A stretch of 64,000 nt of DNA, taken from assembly GCF_051903065.1 (NCBI RefSeq), contig NZ_CP178438.1. The stretch is one strand, 5' to 3'. The number at the start of each line of letters is the position of its first letter. Position 1 is the stretch's first letter. The position numbers and the translations under genes were made by a program. Positions 1 through 14,135 of the stretch are shown in pieces. Below the pieces are notes generated by a model. That model did not search any database. It was not told the origin of the DNA and was given only the letters and a program-made list of their open reading frames with translations. This stretch comes from Escherichia coli (GTDB lineage Bacteria; Pseudomonadota; Gammaproteobacteria; Enterobacterales; Enterobacteriaceae).

Positions 1-259
1 ATCCCTGCATGGGTAAACTTAAGGCGAACAGGGCAGTGGCAACTGCCGGCCCAAGCTGACCGCCCAGGGCAATCTGCCAGCAGAGAGTAAATACGGCGAT
101 CGGCGGCATAAAACGGATCGCATAACGCGTCATCTTGATAACGCGATTTTCGACAAAGACCGGGGCAAGGCGTTTTTCCAGCGGCCACGTCTTTGAGTAA
201 TGCTGTCCCCGGCGAAACAAGCTAAAAAAATTAACAGAACGATTATCCGGCGTTGACAT
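1..259 (-). CDS. yfbV: YfbV (UPF0208 inner membrane protein), N-terminal part only; gene continues beyond window start
   Basis: Minus-strand ATG at 257-259; translation [50 protein letters not shown]... recognised as YfbV; divergent from ackA. Confidence 0.8.
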
Positions 260-596
260 GCTTCACCTCAACTTCACATATAAAGATTCAAAAATTTGTG
301 CAAATTCACAACTCAGCGGGACAACGTTCAAAACATTTTGTCTTCCATACCCACTATCAGGTATCCTTTAGCAGCCTGAAGGCCTAAGTAGTACATATTC
401 ATTGAGTCGTCAAATTCATATACATTATGCCATTGGCTGAAAATTACGCAAAATGGCATAGACTCAAGATATTTCTTCCATCATGCAAAAAAAATTTGCA
501 GTGCATGATGTTAATCATAAATGTCGGTGTCATCATGCGCTACGCTCTATGGCTCCCTGACGTTTTTTTAGCCACGTATCAATTATAGGTACTTCC

Positions 597-1799
597 ATGT
601 CGAGTAAGTTAGTACTGGTTCTGAACTGCGGTAGTTCTTCACTGAAATTTGCCATCATCGATGCAGTAAATGGTGAAGAGTACCTTTCTGGTTTAGCCGA
701 ATGTTTCCACCTGCCCGAAGCACGTATCAAATGGAAAATGGACGGCAATAAACAGGAAGCGGCTTTAGGTGCAGGCGCCGCTCACAGCGAAGCGCTCAAC
801 TTTATCGTTAATACTATTCTGGCACAAAAACCAGAACTGTCTGCGCAGCTGACTGCTATCGGTCACCGTATCGTACACGGCGGCGAAAAGTATACCAGCT
901 CCGTAGTGATCGATGAGTCTGTTATTCAGGGTATCAAAGATGCAGCTTCTTTTGCACCGCTGCACAACCCGGCTCACCTGATCGGTATCGAAGAAGCTCT
1001 GAAATCTTTCCCACAGCTGAAAGACAAAAACGTTGCTGTATTTGACACCGCGTTCCACCAGACTATGCCGGAAGAGTCTTACCTCTACGCCCTGCCGTAC
1101 AACCTGTACAAAGAGCACGGCATCCGTCGTTACGGCGCGCACGGCACCAGCCACTTCTATGTAACCCAGGAAGCGGCAAAAATGCTGAACAAACCGGTAG
1201 AAGAACTGAACATCATCACCTGCCACCTGGGCAACGGTGGTTCCGTTTCTGCTATCCGCAACGGTAAATGCGTTGACACCTCTATGGGCCTGACCCCGCT
1301 GGAAGGTCTGGTCATGGGTACCCGTTCTGGTGATATCGATCCGGCGATCATCTTCCACCTGCACGACACCCTGGGCATGAGCGTTGACGCAATCAACAAA
1401 CTGCTGACCAAAGAGTCTGGCCTGCTGGGTCTGACCGAAGTGACCAGCGACTGCCGCTATGTTGAAGACAACTACGCGACGAAAGAAGACGCGAAGCGCG
1501 CAATGGACGTTTACTGCCACCGCCTGGCGAAATACATCGGTGCCTACACTGCGCTGATGGATGGTCGTCTGGACGCTGTTGTATTCACCGGTGGTATCGG
1601 TGAAAATGCCGCGATGGTTCGTGAACTGTCTCTGGGCAAACTGGGCGTGCTGGGCTTTGAAGTTGATCATGAACGCAACCTGGCTGCACGTTTCGGCAAA
1701 TCTGGTTTCATCAACAAAGAAGGTACCCGTCCTGCGGTGGTTATCCCAACCAACGAAGAACTGGTTATCGCGCAAGACGCGAGCCGCCTGACTGCCTGA
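597..1799 (+). CDS. ackA: acetate kinase
   Basis: 400-aa [25 protein letters not shown]...; acetate kinase signature; classic ackA-pta pair. Confidence 0.97.
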   Translation: MSSKLVLVLNCGSSSLKFAIIDAVNGEEYLSGLAECFHLPEARIKWKMDGNKQEAALGAGAAHSEALNFIVNTILAQKPELSAQLTAIGHRIVHGGEKYTSSVVIDESVIQGIKDAASFAPLHNPAHLIGIEEALKSFPQLKDKNVAVFDTAFHQTMPEESYLYALPYNLYKEHGIRRYGAHGTSHFYVTQEAAKMLNKPVEELNIITCHLGNGGSVSAIRNGKCVDTSMGLTPLEGLVMGTRSGDIDPAIIFHLHDTLGMSVDAINKLLTKESGLLGLTEVTSDCRYVEDNYATKEDAKRAMDVYCHRLAKYIGAYTALMDGRLDAVVFTGGIGENAAMVRELSLGKLGVLGFEVDHERNLAARFGKSGFINKEGTRPAVVIPTNEELVIAQDASRLTA

Positions 1800-1804
1800 T
1801 TTCA

Positions 1805-1836
1805 CACCGCCAGCTCAGCTGGCGGTGCTGTTTTGT
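1805..1836 (+). terminator. hairpin plus U-tract between ackA and pta (partial terminator/attenuator)
   Basis: caccgccagc-tcag-ctggcggtg followed by ctgttttgt. Confidence 0.4.
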
Positions 1837-1873
1837 AACCCGCCAAATCGGCGGTAACGAAAGAGGATAAACC

Positions 1874-4018
1874 GTGTCCCGTATTATTATGCTGATCCCT
1901 ACCGGAACCAGCGTCGGTCTGACCAGCGTCAGCCTTGGCGTGATCCGTGCAATGGAACGCAAAGGCGTTCGTCTGAGCGTTTTCAAACCTATCGCTCAGC
2001 CGCGTACCGGTGGCGATGCGCCCGATCAGACTACGACTATCGTGCGTGCGAACTCTTCCACCACGACGGCCGCTGAACCGCTGAAAATGAGCTACGTTGA
2101 AGGTCTGCTTTCCAGCAATCAGAAAGATGTGCTGATGGAAGAGATCGTCGCAAACTACCACGCTAACACCAAAGACGCTGAAGTCGTTCTGGTTGAAGGT
2201 CTGGTCCCGACACGTAAGCACCAGTTTGCCCAGTCTCTGAACTACGAAATCGCTAAAACGCTGAATGCGGAAATCGTCTTCGTTATGTCTCAGGGCACTG
2301 ACACCCCGGAACAGCTGAAAGAGCGTATCGAACTGACCCGCAACAGCTTCGGCGGTGCCAAAAACACCAACATCACCGGCGTTATCGTTAACAAACTGAA
2401 CGCACCGGTTGATGAACAGGGTCGTACTCGCCCGGATCTGTCCGAGATTTTCGACGACTCTTCCAAAGCTAAAGTAAACAATGTTGATCCGGCGAAGCTG
2501 CAAGAATCCAGCCCGCTGCCGGTTCTCGGCGCTGTGCCGTGGAGCTTTGACCTGATCGCGACTCGTGCGATCGATATGGCTCGCCACCTGAATGCGACCA
2601 TCATCAACGAAGGCGACATCAATACTCGCCGCGTTAAATCCGTCACTTTCTGCGCACGCAGCATTCCGCACATGCTGGAGCACTTCCGTGCCGGTTCTCT
2701 GCTGGTGACTTCCGCAGACCGTCCTGACGTGCTGGTTGCCGCTTGCCTGGCTGCCATGAACGGCGTAGAAATCGGTGCCCTGCTGCTGACTGGCGGCTAC
2801 GAAATGGACGCGCGCATTTCTAAACTGTGCGAACGTGCTTTCGCTACCGGCCTGCCGGTATTTATGGTGAACACCAACACCTGGCAGACTTCTCTGAGCC
2901 TGCAGAGCTTCAACCTGGAAGTTCCAGTTGACGATCACGAGCGTATCGAGAAAGTTCAGGAATACGTTGCTAACTACATCAACGCTGACTGGATCGATTC
3001 TCTGACTGCCACTTCTGAGCGCAGCCGTCGTCTGTCTCCGCCAGCGTTCCGTTATCAGCTGACTGAACTTGCGCGCAAAGCGGGCAAACGTATCGTACTG
3101 CCGGAAGGTGACGAACCGCGTACCGTTAAAGCAGCCGCTATCTGTGCTGAACGTGGTATCGCAACTTGCGTACTGCTGGGTAATCCGGCAGAGATCAACC
3201 GTGTTGCAGCGTCTCAGGGTGTAGAACTGGGTGCAGGCATTGAAATCGTTGATCCAGAAGTGGTTCGCGAAAGCTATGTTGGTCGTCTGGTCGAGCTGCG
3301 TAAGAACAAAGGCATGACCGAAACCGTTGCCCGCGAACAGCTGGAAGACAACGTGGTGCTCGGTACGCTGATGCTGGAACAGGATGAAGTTGATGGTCTG
3401 GTTTCCGGTGCTGTTCACACTACCGCAAACACCATCCGTCCGCCGCTGCAGCTGATCAAAACTGCACCGGGCAGCTCCCTGGTATCTTCCGTGTTCTTCA
3501 TGCTGCTGCCGGAACAGGTTTACGTTTACGGTGACTGTGCGATCAACCCGGATCCGACCGCAGAACAGCTGGCAGAAATCGCGATTCAGTCCGCTGATTC
3601 CGCTGCAGCCTTCGGTATCGAACCGCGCGTTGCTATGCTCTCCTACTCCACCGGTACTTCTGGTGCAGGTAGCGACGTAGAAAAAGTTCGCGAAGCAACT
3701 CGTCTGGCGCAGGAAAAACGTCCTGACCTGATGATCGACGGTCCGCTGCAGTACGACGCTGCGGTAATGGCTGACGTTGCGAAATCTAAAGCGCCGAACT
3801 CTCCGGTTGCAGGTCGCGCTACCGTGTTCATCTTCCCGGATCTGAACACCGGTAACACCACCTACAAAGCGGTACAGCGTTCTGCCGACCTGATCTCCAT
3901 CGGGCCGATGCTGCAGGGTATGCGCAAGCCGGTTAACGACCTGTCCCGTGGCGCACTGGTTGACGATATCGTCTACACCATCGCGCTGACTGCGATTCAG
4001 TCTGCACAGCAGCAGTAA
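1874..4018 (+). CDS. pta: phosphate acetyltransferase
   Basis: 714-aa ORF, GTG start, [32 protein letters not shown]...; follows ackA. Confidence 0.97.
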   Translation: MSRIIMLIPTGTSVGLTSVSLGVIRAMERKGVRLSVFKPIAQPRTGGDAPDQTTTIVRANSSTTTAAEPLKMSYVEGLLSSNQKDVLMEEIVANYHANTKDAEVVLVEGLVPTRKHQFAQSLNYEIAKTLNAEIVFVMSQGTDTPEQLKERIELTRNSFGGAKNTNITGVIVNKLNAPVDEQGRTRPDLSEIFDDSSKAKVNNVDPAKLQESSPLPVLGAVPWSFDLIATRAIDMARHLNATIINEGDINTRRVKSVTFCARSIPHMLEHFRAGSLLVTSADRPDVLVAACLAAMNGVEIGALLLTGGYEMDARISKLCERAFATGLPVFMVNTNTWQTSLSLQSFNLEVPVDDHERIEKVQEYVANYINADWIDSLTATSERSRRLSPPAFRYQLTELARKAGKRIVLPEGDEPRTVKAAAICAERGIATCVLLGNPAEINRVAASQGVELGAGIEIVDPEVVRESYVGRLVELRKNKGMTETVAREQLEDNVVLGTLMLEQDEVDGLVSGAVHTTANTIRPPLQLIKTAPGSSLVSSVFFMLLPEQVYVYGDCAINPDPTAEQLAEIAIQSADSAAAFGIEPRVAMLSYSTGTSGAGSDVEKVREATRLAQEKRPDLMIDGPLQYDAAVMADVAKSKAPNSPVAGRATVFIFPDLNTGNTTYKAVQRSADLISIGPMLQGMRKPVNDLSRGALVDDIVYTIALTAIQSAQQQ

Positions 4019-4057
4019 TCTCGTCATCATCCGCAGCTTTGCGCTGCGGATATCTGA

Positions 4058-4090
4058 ACCGGAAATAGTCACTATTTCCGGTTTTTTATT
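4058..4090 (+). terminator. rho-independent terminator of ackA-pta
   Basis: ccggaaatag/ctatttccgg stem followed by ttttttatt. Confidence 0.7.
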
Positions 4091-4207
4091 CTCTTAATTT
4101 GCATTAATCCTTTCTGATTATCTTGCTTAACTGCGCTGCATCAATGAATTGCGCCATTTCACTTTGCATACTTACCACTTTGTTTTGTGCAAGGGAATAT
4201 TTGCGCT

Positions 4208-5728
4208 ATGTCCGCAATCACTGAATCCAAACCAACAAGAAGATGGGCAATGCCCGATACGTTGGTGATTATCTTTTTTGTTGCTATTTTAACCAGCCTT
4301 GCCACCTGGGTAGTTCCGGTGGGGATGTTTGACAGTCAGGAAGTGCAGTATCAGGTTGATGGTCAAACAAAAACACGCAAAGTCGTAGATCCACACTCAT
4401 TTCGCATTCTGACTAACGAAGCAGGCGAACCTGAGTATCACCGCGTACAGCTGTTCACGACGGGCGATGAACGCCCGGGCCTGATGAACTTCCCGTTTGA
4501 AGGGTTAACCTCAGGATCGAAATACGGGACAGCCGTTGGCATCATCATGTTTATGCTGGTGATTGGCGGCGCGTTTGGCATTGTGATGCGTACAGGAACC
4601 ATTGATAACGGTATCCTGGCGCTTATTCGCCATACCCGCGGGAATGAAATTCTCTTTATTCCTGCGCTGTTTATTCTGTTTTCACTTGGCGGCGCGGTAT
4701 TTGGTATGGGAGAAGAGGCCGTCGCCTTTGCCATTATCATCGCACCGCTAATGGTCCGGCTGGGCTATGACAGTATTACCACCGTCCTGGTGACCTATAT
4801 TGCCACGCAAATCGGTTTTGCCAGTTCGTGGATGAACCCGTTTTGTGTGGTCGTTGCTCAGGGGATTGCCGGCGTTCCGGTGCTTTCTGGCTCCGGGTTG
4901 CGCATCGTGGTGTGGGTTATCGCCACTCTGATTGGCCTGATCTTTACCATGGTCTACGCCTCACGAGTGAAAAAGAATCCTCTTCTGTCACGCGTGCATG
5001 AGTCCGACCGCTTCTTTCGTGAAAAGCAGGCGGATGTTGAACAACGTCCGTTTACCTTTGGTGACTGGCTGGTATTGATTGTCCTGACCGCCGTAATGGT
5101 CTGGGTGATTTGGGGCGTGATCGTTAATGCCTGGTTTATTCCAGAAATTGCCAGCCAGTTCTTCACCATGGGTCTGGTGATTGGCATCATCGGCGTTGTT
5201 TTCCGCCTTAACGGCATGACGGTTAATACCATGGCTTCATCCTTTACCGAAGGGGCGCGAATGATGATCGCCCCTGCCCTGCTGGTGGGTTTCGCCAAAG
5301 GGATTTTGCTGCTGGTTGGTAATGGTGAAGCAGGTGATGCCAGCGTGTTAAATACTATCCTCAACAGCATTGCCAATGCCATTAGCGGTCTGGACAACGC
5401 GGTCGCGGCCTGGTTTATGTTGCTCTTCCAGGCGGTATTTAATTTCTTCGTGACGTCCGGTTCTGGTCAGGCGGCGTTAACCATGCCGTTACTGGCACCG
5501 CTTGGCGATCTGGTCGGTGTTAACCGTCAGGTTACCGTGCTGGCGTTCCAGTTTGGTGATGGCTTCAGTCACATCATTTACCCAACCTCAGCTTCGTTAA
5601 TGGCAACGCTCGGTGTGTGCAGGGTGGACTTCCGTAACTGGCTGAAGGTGGGCGCGACCCTACTTGGACTGCTGTTTATTATGTCCAGCGTCGTAGTGAT
5701 CGGCGCTCAGTTGATGGGCTACCACTAA
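4208..5728 (+). CDS. yfcC: YfcC family inner-membrane transporter (multi-TM, C4-dicarboxylate anaerobic carrier-like)
   Basis: Hydrophobic multi-TM ORF; likely start MSAITESKPTRRWAMPDTLVII at 4208 (six-frame ORF begins 4187). Confidence 0.85.
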   Translation: MSAITESKPTRRWAMPDTLVIIFFVAILTSLATWVVPVGMFDSQEVQYQVDGQTKTRKVVDPHSFRILTNEAGEPEYHRVQLFTTGDERPGLMNFPFEGLTSGSKYGTAVGIIMFMLVIGGAFGIVMRTGTIDNGILALIRHTRGNEILFIPALFILFSLGGAVFGMGEEAVAFAIIIAPLMVRLGYDSITTVLVTYIATQIGFASSWMNPFCVVVAQGIAGVPVLSGSGLRIVVWVIATLIGLIFTMVYASRVKKNPLLSRVHESDRFFREKQADVEQRPFTFGDWLVLIVLTAVMVWVIWGVIVNAWFIPEIASQFFTMGLVIGIIGVVFRLNGMTVNTMASSFTEGARMMIAPALLVGFAKGILLLVGNGEAGDASVLNTILNSIANAISGLDNAVAAWFMLLFQAVFNFFVTSGSGQAALTMPLLAPLGDLVGVNRQVTVLAFQFGDGFSHIIYPTSASLMATLGVCRVDFRNWLKVGATLLGLLFIMSSVVVIGAQLMGYH

Positions 5729-5735
5729 AAATGTT

Positions 5736-5762
5736 AAGAGCCGCAATTGCGGCTCTTTTTTC
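5736..5762 (+). terminator. rho-independent terminator between convergent yfcC and yfcD
   Basis: aagagccgc-aatt-gcggctctt stem then T-run. Confidence 0.7.
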
Positions 5763-6303
5763 ATTCTGCCGTTTCAGTCTCTACGGCTTCATTTTTGGCA
5801 TTGCGCTTCATCCACAACGCTAGCGCTTTCAGCGAGTCTGGAGTGAACTCATCGCAGCGTGCGGTGATTTCTTCCGGCGTCAGCCAGCAAACTTCACTGA
5901 CTTCATCTTCCTGTAGGGCGAAGGGACCGTGAGAGACGCAGCTGAACAATGCGCCCCAGACACGGCAATTTTTATCTTCGAAATAGAACTGCCCGTGCTC
6001 GGCAAAGGGGACACCGGCAATGCCCAACTCTTCTTCCGCTTCGCGACGCGCGGATTCCAGCAGTTGCTCATCGGCCTGAACCACACCGCCTGCGGTCGCA
6101 TCTAACATGCCGGGTAAAAAGTCTTTTGTCTCGGTACGACGCTGGACCAGAATTTTGCCCATGCCATCATGCACGACGATGTAAGTTGCACGATGACGCA
6201 GACACTGTGCCCGCATTTGCTCCCGGCTGGCTTGTGCAATGACTTCGTTCTCTTCATTGACAATATCCACCCATTCAGTACTTGCCAAACGACGCTGTTC
6301 CAT
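5761..6303 (-). CDS. yfcD: Nudix hydrolase
   Basis: 180 aa; Nudix box [24 protein letters not shown]. Confidence 0.85.
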
Positions 6304-6360
6304 TATCAGGAAACCTTCTTTTTCTGGCGCTCTTACGGCGCATTTTGAGTTGTGGGTAAA

Positions 6361-6915
6361 TTACGGATTAATCGCGACCTGCGCAATGATACTTTGATCA
6401 TTGAGTGCGATTACACTAAGTACGTCATTATCCAGCATGCCATAACTCGCCGGATTACCGCCTTTCGGAATACTCACCGAGCCGGGGTTGAAGTGGAAAA
6501 TCTCCCCCCGCTGTTCTGCCACTGGCAGATGGGTATGGCCGTACACCAGCACATCGTTCTGGTTTAAAGCAGGCAGATTTTCCGGGCCAAAAAGATGACC
6601 ATGCGTCAAAAACAGACGTTGTTTTTCCAGTAATACCTGTTGCCACGGCGCGGTTATCGGGAAATGCAGCAGCATTTGATCCACTTCGCTGTCGCAGTTG
6701 CCGCGCACAGCGATAACCTTATGTGCCACTTCATTAAGCCGTTCAGCGACTTTGGCTGGCGCGTAACCCTCCGGTAAAGCATTACGCGGGCCGTGATTCA
6801 ACACGTCGCCAAGGATCACCAGCCACTGGGCACCGCTTTGGGCAAACAACTCCAGAACACGTTCCGTCGCCGGTAACGACCCATGAATGTCCGATGCAAA
6901 CATCAGTTTCATCAC
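6361..6915 (-). CDS. yfcE: metallophosphoesterase (phosphodiesterase)
   Basis: 184 aa; calcineurin-like motifs DIHG, GDVLNHGP, GNCD, GHTH. Confidence 0.85.
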   Translation of the reverse strand: MMKLMFASDIHGSLPATERVLELFAQSGAQWLVILGDVLNHGPRNALPEGYAPAKVAERLNEVAHKVIAVRGNCDSEVDQMLLHFPITAPWQQVLLEKQRLFLTHGHLFGPENLPALNQNDVLVYGHTHLPVAEQRGEIFHFNPGSVSIPKGGNPASYGMLDNDVLSVIALNDQSIIAQVAINP

Positions 6916-6918
6916 TCA

Positions 6919-8395
<1,477 letters not shown>

Positions 8396-8451
8396 CAGAA
8401 ACAGGTTCTCGTGTATTATTTCATCCTAAGTAAAACAACGGAGAACCTGCA

Positions 8452-8814
8452 ATGGCACAACCTGCCGCTATTATTCGTATAAAGAACCTTCGTTTACGTA
8501 CATTTATCGGAATTAAGGAAGAAGAAATTAACAACCGTCAGGATATTGTTATCAATGTGACGATCCACTACCCCGCCGATAAAGCGCGCACTAGCGAAGA
8601 TATCAACGATGCGCTGAATTATCGCACCGTAACGAAAAACATTATTCAGCATGTAGAGAATAACCGTTTCTCTTTGCTGGAAAAATTAACTCAGGATGTG
8701 CTCGATATCGCACGTGAACATCACTGGGTGACGTATGCTGAAGTGGAGATCGATAAACTGCACGCGCTGCGCTACGCCGATTCGGTATCCATGACCTTAA
8801 GCTGGCAGCGTTAA
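8452..8814 (+). CDS. folX: dihydroneopterin triphosphate 2'-epimerase
   Basis: 120 aa; FolB/FolX fold, [18 protein letters not shown]. Confidence 0.9.
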
Positions 8815-8834
8815 CCGCCATATCGGGAGGCTGC

Positions 8835-9728
8835 ATGAACATAGTGATCACCGGAGGGACGGGATTAATTGGTCGCCATTTGATTCCACGTTTGCTGGAG
8901 CTGGGCCATCAAATCACGGTAGTGACGCGTAACCCGCAGAAAGCCAGTTCCGTGCTCGGGCCGCAGGTGACGCTATGGCAAGGGCTTGCCGATCAAAGCA
9001 ACCTCAACGGCGTTGATGCGGTAATCAACCTGGCCGGAGAACCGATTGCTGATAAACGCTGGACTCACGAGCAAAAAGAGCGTCTCTGCCAAAGCCGCTG
9101 GAATATCACGCAAAAACTGGTCGATTTGATTAATGCCAGCGACACGCCACCGTCGGTACTCATTTCCGGCTCGGCAACGGGCTATTATGGCGACTTAGGT
9201 GAAGTGGTGGTTACCGAAGAGGAACCGCCGCATAACGAATTTACCCATAAACTCTGCGCCCGCTGGGAAGAAATTGCCTGCCGGGCGCAAAGTGACAAAA
9301 CGCGAGTGTGCCTGCTGCGTACCGGTGTAGTGCTGGCACCGGATGGCGGTATTCTCGGTAAAATGCTGCCGCCGTTTCGTCTTGGCCTGGGCGGGCCGAT
9401 TGGCTCTGGTCGGCAGTATCTGGCCTGGATTCATATTGATGATATGGTCAACGGTATTCTCTGGCTGCTGGATAACGAGCTGCGCGGGCCATTTAATATG
9501 GTTTCGCCCTACCCGGTACGCAATGAACAATTTGCCCATGCGCTCGGTCATGCGCTGCATCGCCCGGCCATTTTGCGCGTCCCCGCGACCGCCATTCGAC
9601 TGTTAATGGGCGAATCTTCAGTACTGGTATTAGGTGGACAACGCGCGCTGCCTAAACGGCTGGAAGAAGCGGGTTTTGCGTTTCGCTGGTACGATTTAGA
9701 AGAGGCGCTGGCGGATGTCGTTCGCTGA
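8835..9728 (+). CDS. yfcH: NAD-dependent epimerase/dehydratase family protein (DUF1731 C-terminal domain)
   Basis: 297 aa; N-terminal Rossmann motif [13 protein letters not shown]. Confidence 0.85.
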   Translation: MNIVITGGTGLIGRHLIPRLLELGHQITVVTRNPQKASSVLGPQVTLWQGLADQSNLNGVDAVINLAGEPIADKRWTHEQKERLCQSRWNITQKLVDLINASDTPPSVLISGSATGYYGDLGEVVVTEEEPPHNEFTHKLCARWEEIACRAQSDKTRVCLLRTGVVLAPDGGILGKMLPPFRLGLGGPIGSGRQYLAWIHIDDMVNGILWLLDNELRGPFNMVSPYPVRNEQFAHALGHALHRPAILRVPATAIRLLMGESSVLVLGGQRALPKRLEEAGFAFRWYDLEEALADVVR

Positions 9729-9775
9729 TGTGGTTTACAGCAAACATCCGCCAGTTAACTCCCGGTGTTACAGGA

Positions 9776-10666
9776 TTAGTGGCTTTGCGCGATAAGATCG
9801 TCTGGTGAAAGTCGGGTCACCATCATAACTAACTCTCTGTCTAAACCTCTATCCAGCATCTCCTGAGCAATACGCAGGGCTTCTTCGTGTTTGCCCTGCA
9901 TTGCGCCTTCTTCACGTAATCTGTCAGCAATGGTCATCAGTTTCTCCTTTTCTTGTGGTGCGCGTTCTGTTATCTCACCAATAAATGCACGGAAACGCTG
10001 GGCATCTCCCGTTTGTAATACATAATTAAACAGGGCTTTTAGCTGTCTGTCATTAGTGTTCCCTGTAACTAGCAGCGAAACAATTTGGTCGACTAATCCC
10101 AACAGATCGCGCTGACGAATATGTTTCTGAATTAACTCCAACAGCGCCATTTTGCGATGTTGCATAATCTCGTCATCCGGCACCACGGTAATATCCACCA
10201 ACGGAAAAGCCGATGAATATATTTTACGGGCAATCGCAGGCTCGGCAAATTCATCAAGCCAGCAGAGTGAATAAGGATAAGGACTTCTGCAACCATGATA
10301 AAACAGCATCGGGATCACCAATGGAAGCTCTTTATAGCCCGCATCAAGATGGTTTTGCATTGCCGCAATGGAATAACGCATCATGCGAAAAGCCATTAAT
10401 TCTTCCGGCTTACTTTGGTGCTCTATCACTACATAAATATAACCCACTCCCTCCTGCGTTTTCACAGACCACAAGAGGTCGGAATAATATTGCCGCAGGT
10501 CTTCATCAATAAAACTGTTTGGTTCCAGTTTAAGCGTCGTTAAATCACACAGTTTGCGCAGCGGCGCGGGAAGATGAATATCAATAAAATCCCGCGCGGT
10601 GTCTGGATGGCGTAAAAAAGATTTAAATACCGCATCATGCGGCGTGGAAGTTGTCGATATTGTCAT
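9776..10666 (-). CDS. rpnB: Rpn family recombination-promoting nuclease (YhgA-like, transposase_31 fold)
   Basis: 296 aa; [33 protein letters not shown]...; assignment as rpnB (yfcI) is from memory of the K-12 map. Confidence 0.75.
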   Translation of the reverse strand: MTISTTSTPHDAVFKSFLRHPDTARDFIDIHLPAPLRKLCDLTTLKLEPNSFIDEDLRQYYSDLLWSVKTQEGVGYIYVVIEHQSKPEELMAFRMMRYSIAAMQNHLDAGYKELPLVIPMLFYHGCRSPYPYSLCWLDEFAEPAIARKIYSSAFPLVDITVVPDDEIMQHRKMALLELIQKHIRQRDLLGLVDQIVSLLVTGNTNDRQLKALFNYVLQTGDAQRFRAFIGEITERAPQEKEKLMTIADRLREEGAMQGKHEEALRIAQEMLDRGLDRELVMMVTRLSPDDLIAQSH

Positions 10667-10821
10667 GGCGTTCCGTCACCCCTCAAATTTAAGATGACGC
10701 GACAATAACCACGATTAACACCCAATGCAGCAGGCAGTTTTTATCTTTGGACAGCGAATTCAGAAGTATTTTTAGCGGACTGCAACTTTTACATTTCAGC
10801 GGAAGCTGACTCGCAAATTCC

Positions 10822-10858
10822 CCTTGAAAATACTCCGGCAGCGTTAGCCACCGGAGAG
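10822..10858 (-). terminator. probable terminator downstream of hisP
   Basis: ctccgg...ccggag stem with T-run on the minus strand. Confidence 0.4.
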
Positions 10859-10862
10859 GCAA

Positions 10863-11636
10863 TTATTTCAGCGAACCTTTAAGGAACTGTTGCAGACGAG
10901 GGCTTTGCGGGTTGCCAAATAACTGCTCCGGCGCGCCTTCTTCCTCTATTTTCCCCTGATGGAGGAAAATGACGTGAGTAGAAACATGACGAGCAAAGCC
11001 CATTTCGTGAGTCACTACCACCATGGTTTTCCCCTCTTCTGCCAGTTGCTGCATAATGCGCAACACTTCGCCTACCAGTTCAGGATCGAGCGCCGAGGTA
11101 GGTTCATCAAACAGTAAAACTTCCGGTTCCATCGCCAGCGCCCGCGCGATAGAAACACGCTGTTGCTGACCGCCGGAAAGATGCACCGGATATTTCCCCT
11201 GTGCACGTTCGTCTATCCCGACTTTTGCCAGATACTTCACCGCCCGCTCGCGCGCTTCCTGCTTGCTCAGGCCCAACACCTGAATCGGCGCTTCCATGAC
11301 GTTTTCCAGCACCGTCATATGGCTCCAGAGATTGAAGTGCTGGAATACCATCGTCAGGCGTGTGCGCAGTAAGCGCAGTTGATTTTTATCGGCGACTTTG
11401 AGTTGACCGTCTTTGTCGCGCACCAGATTGATCGTCTGGCCATTGACCACGATCGCCCCTTCACTCGGTTTTTCGAGGAAGTTAATGCAGCGCAGAAAGG
11501 TACTTTTCCCCGATCCCGACGATCCGATGATGCTTATTACATCTCCGGCATTCGCTTGCAGTGACACCCCTTTCAGCACTTCGTGTTCGCCATAGCGTTT
11601 GTGCAAATCGATAACGTTTAATTTATTCTCGGACAT
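10863..11636 (-). CDS. hisP: histidine/basic amino acid ABC transporter ATP-binding protein
   Basis: 257 aa; Walker [13 protein letters not shown] signature LSGGQQQR. Confidence 0.95.
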   Translation of the reverse strand: MSENKLNVIDLHKRYGEHEVLKGVSLQANAGDVISIIGSSGSGKSTFLRCINFLEKPSEGAIVVNGQTINLVRDKDGQLKVADKNQLRLLRTRLTMVFQHFNLWSHMTVLENVMEAPIQVLGLSKQEARERAVKYLAKVGIDERAQGKYPVHLSGGQQQRVSIARALAMEPEVLLFDEPTSALDPELVGEVLRIMQQLAEEGKTMVVVTHEMGFARHVSTHVIFLHQGKIEEEGAPEQLFGNPQSPRLQQFLKGSLK

Positions 11637-11643
11637 CGTATTC

Positions 11644-12360
11644 TCAGTGCGTTGAAGAAGGTTTCACATGCTGCAACCAGCGTTTTTCCGCTCTGCGAAA
11701 GAGGCTGATCAGGACATAAGAGATGATTAAATAGAGCACCGCGGCAATGCCGAAGGCGGTAAAAGGTTGATACGTGGCGGCGTTAATATCGCGGGCTATT
11801 TTCAGCAGATCCGGCACCGTGGCAGTAAATGCCAACGCAGTAGAGTGCAGCATCAGGATCACTTCGTTGCTGTATGCCGGTAACGCAATACGCAGCGCAG
11901 AAGGCAAAATAATGCAGCGATACATTTTAAAAGTCGAGAAGCCATAGGCTCTGGCGGCTTCAATTTCCCCATGCGGAACCGAACGGATTGCCCCAGCAAA
12001 AATCTCGGTAGTGTAAGCGCAGGTGTTAAGCGTCAGCGCCAGCACGGTACAGTTCAGGCCACTGCGGAAAAAGGCGTTAAGAAACTCGGTCCCTTTAACA
12101 ATCTCCAGCGTATACATGCCGGAATAGAACACCAGCAACTGAACATACAGCGGCGTACCGCGAAAAATATAGGTAAATAACCAGATTGGAAACTGGATGT
12201 ATTTATTACTGGAGACGCGACCAATCGCCAGAAACAGCGCCATGACTCCGCCTATCACTACCGACAAAATCAGCAGCCACAGGGTGATCGCCACGCCAGT
12301 AAAGCGATAACCGTCAGTCCACAGCAGCGGTTTCCAGTATTCATGTAAGATTTCGATCAC
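11644..12360 (-). CDS. hisM: histidine ABC transporter permease
   Basis: 238 aa polytopic permease; position in hisJQMP. Confidence 0.9.
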   Translation of the reverse strand: MIEILHEYWKPLLWTDGYRFTGVAITLWLLILSVVIGGVMALFLAIGRVSSNKYIQFPIWLFTYIFRGTPLYVQLLVFYSGMYTLEIVKGTEFLNAFFRSGLNCTVLALTLNTCAYTTEIFAGAIRSVPHGEIEAARAYGFSTFKMYRCIILPSALRIALPAYSNEVILMLHSTALAFTATVPDLLKIARDINAATYQPFTAFGIAAVLYLIISYVLISLFRRAEKRWLQHVKPSSTH

Positions 12361-13043
12361 AGGTCAGCCCTCTTCACACCCACGGAGTAGCGGCGCTCAA
12401 GGAACAGCAGCACACCATTGGAAACGGTGGTGAAAACCAGGTAAATCACGCCACAGACGATAGCGAAATAGAACGGTTCCCAGGTACTTTTGCCTGCCAG
12501 TTGGGTGGCTTTGACCACATCTTCCAGGCCAAGTAACGAAACCAGGGCGGTAGATTTGAGGATCACCTGCCAGTTGTTGCCAATGCCTGGCAGGGCGTAA
12601 CGCATCATCGCCGGAAACATGATCCGCCGAAACACTTGCCCACGAGTAAAACCGAACGCCGTCGCCGCCTCTATATGCCCTTTCGGCACTGCCATAAACG
12701 CGCCACGGAACGTTTCGGTGAAGTAAGCACCGTAGATAAAACCGAGAGTGATAATACCAGCGACCATCGGATCGATATCAATCTGCCCGACGCCCATCGC
12801 CTCCGTCACCGTGTTTAGTGCAATCTGCAAACCGTAGAAAATCAGCAGCATCAACACCAAGTCCGGCACGCCACGAATCAGCGTGGTGTAGCCTTCGAAA
12901 ATCAGCCCCGAAAGCCGATTTTGCGAGAGCTTACCGCCAGCGCCAATTAAACCGATGATTACAGCGAGCACTACAGAGCTGATAGCCAGCTCCAGCGTGA
13001 CGAGCGCACCCTGTAAAATAACACCTGAAAACCCATACAACAT
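12357..13043 (-). CDS. hisQ: histidine ABC transporter permease
   Basis: 228 aa; 4-bp overlap with hisM. Confidence 0.9.
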   Translation of the reverse strand: MLYGFSGVILQGALVTLELAISSVVLAVIIGLIGAGGKLSQNRLSGLIFEGYTTLIRGVPDLVLMLLIFYGLQIALNTVTEAMGVGQIDIDPMVAGIITLGFIYGAYFTETFRGAFMAVPKGHIEAATAFGFTRGQVFRRIMFPAMMRYALPGIGNNWQVILKSTALVSLLGLEDVVKATQLAGKSTWEPFYFAIVCGVIYLVFTTVSNGVLLFLERRYSVGVKRADL

Positions 13044-13132
13044 GCAGCCTGTCCTGTCGTGTGTGGTGAATTACCGCCTCTTGTCTCCCTCCAGTTACCC
13101 GAAGGGAGCGGGCTTTCTTTCACCGATGGCGA

Positions 13133-13915
13133 TTAGCCACCATAAACATCAAAATCGAAGTACTTTTTCGCTAATTTCTCGTAAGTACCGTCAGCGCGCA
13201 TTTCGGCAAAGGCTTTGTTCAGTGCCTCGCGCAGTTCGTTATCTTCTTTACGCAGGCCCATGCCGGTCCCTACGCCAAACAGTTTTTCATCTTTAACAGA
13301 CGGGCCACCGAATTTGTAATCTTTACCGACAGGTTGTTTAAGGAAACCTTCACTGGCAGCGACCTCATCCTGGAACGCGGCATCAATACGTCCGGCAGTC
13401 AGGTCAGAATAAATGTTGTCCTGCCCCTGATACGAGACGATTTCAATGCCTTTTGGTGCCCAGTGTTCATTACCGAACGTCTCCTGGGTGGTGCCCTGCA
13501 ATACGCCTACCCGTTTGCCTTTCAGCGACTCGACTGTCGGCTGAATGTTGGAATTTTTCGCCACCACCAGACGAGAATCGGCAGCGTACAGTTTGTCGGT
13601 GAAGGCAATTTCTTGCTGACGTTTTTCCGTAATGGAAAGCGATGACATGATGGCGTCAATCTTCTTCGCTTTTAAGGACGGGATTAATGCATCCAGCGGA
13701 TTTTCGACAAACGTACATTGCGTATTGATGCGTTTGCATAATTCCTTTGCCAGATCGATATCGAAGCCAACCAGTTCGCCTTGTGAATTTTTTGATTCAA
13801 ATGGCGCATAGGTCGGGTCGGTACCGATGCGGATGTTTTGCGGAATCGCAGCAAATGCCGCAGTTGCGCTGGAGAAGGCCAGAACCAGAGAGAGCGATAG
13901 CACCAGTTTTTTCAT
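13133..13915 (-). CDS. hisJ: histidine-binding periplasmic protein
   Basis: 260 aa with signal peptide; paralogue of downstream argT. Confidence 0.95.
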   Translation of the reverse strand: MKKLVLSLSLVLAFSSATAAFAAIPQNIRIGTDPTYAPFESKNSQGELVGFDIDLAKELCKRINTQCTFVENPLDALIPSLKAKKIDAIMSSLSITEKRQQEIAFTDKLYAADSRLVVAKNSNIQPTVESLKGKRVGVLQGTTQETFGNEHWAPKGIEIVSYQGQDNIYSDLTAGRIDAAFQDEVAASEGFLKQPVGKDYKFGGPSVKDEKLFGVGTGMGLRKEDNELREALNKAFAEMRADGTYEKLAKKYFDFDVYGG

Positions 13916-14135
13916 AATGTCCTCAACTGACAGTCTTTTTATAGGGAATATTTACAGGTTTGTTACACTTATCGTGCCATAAAATTGACCATCAAGGCAA
14001 AATATCCCGCCCCGTTAGACGTATTATTTTTCATTAAAAATGCTTAAGTATGCATTTCAATGCACCACGATAGTGCAACAAACCTGGCGTGCACCATGAT
14101 GATCATTCCATCAGGTACAGCTTCCCTGCGACGTA

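Noticed and set aside
765-4072. Long antisense ORFs (346 aa and 756 aa on the minus strand) across ackA and pta
   Set aside because: They lie exactly antisense to well-supported ackA and pta, have no recognisable domains and have an amino-acid composition typical of antisense translation of GC-rich coding sequence.
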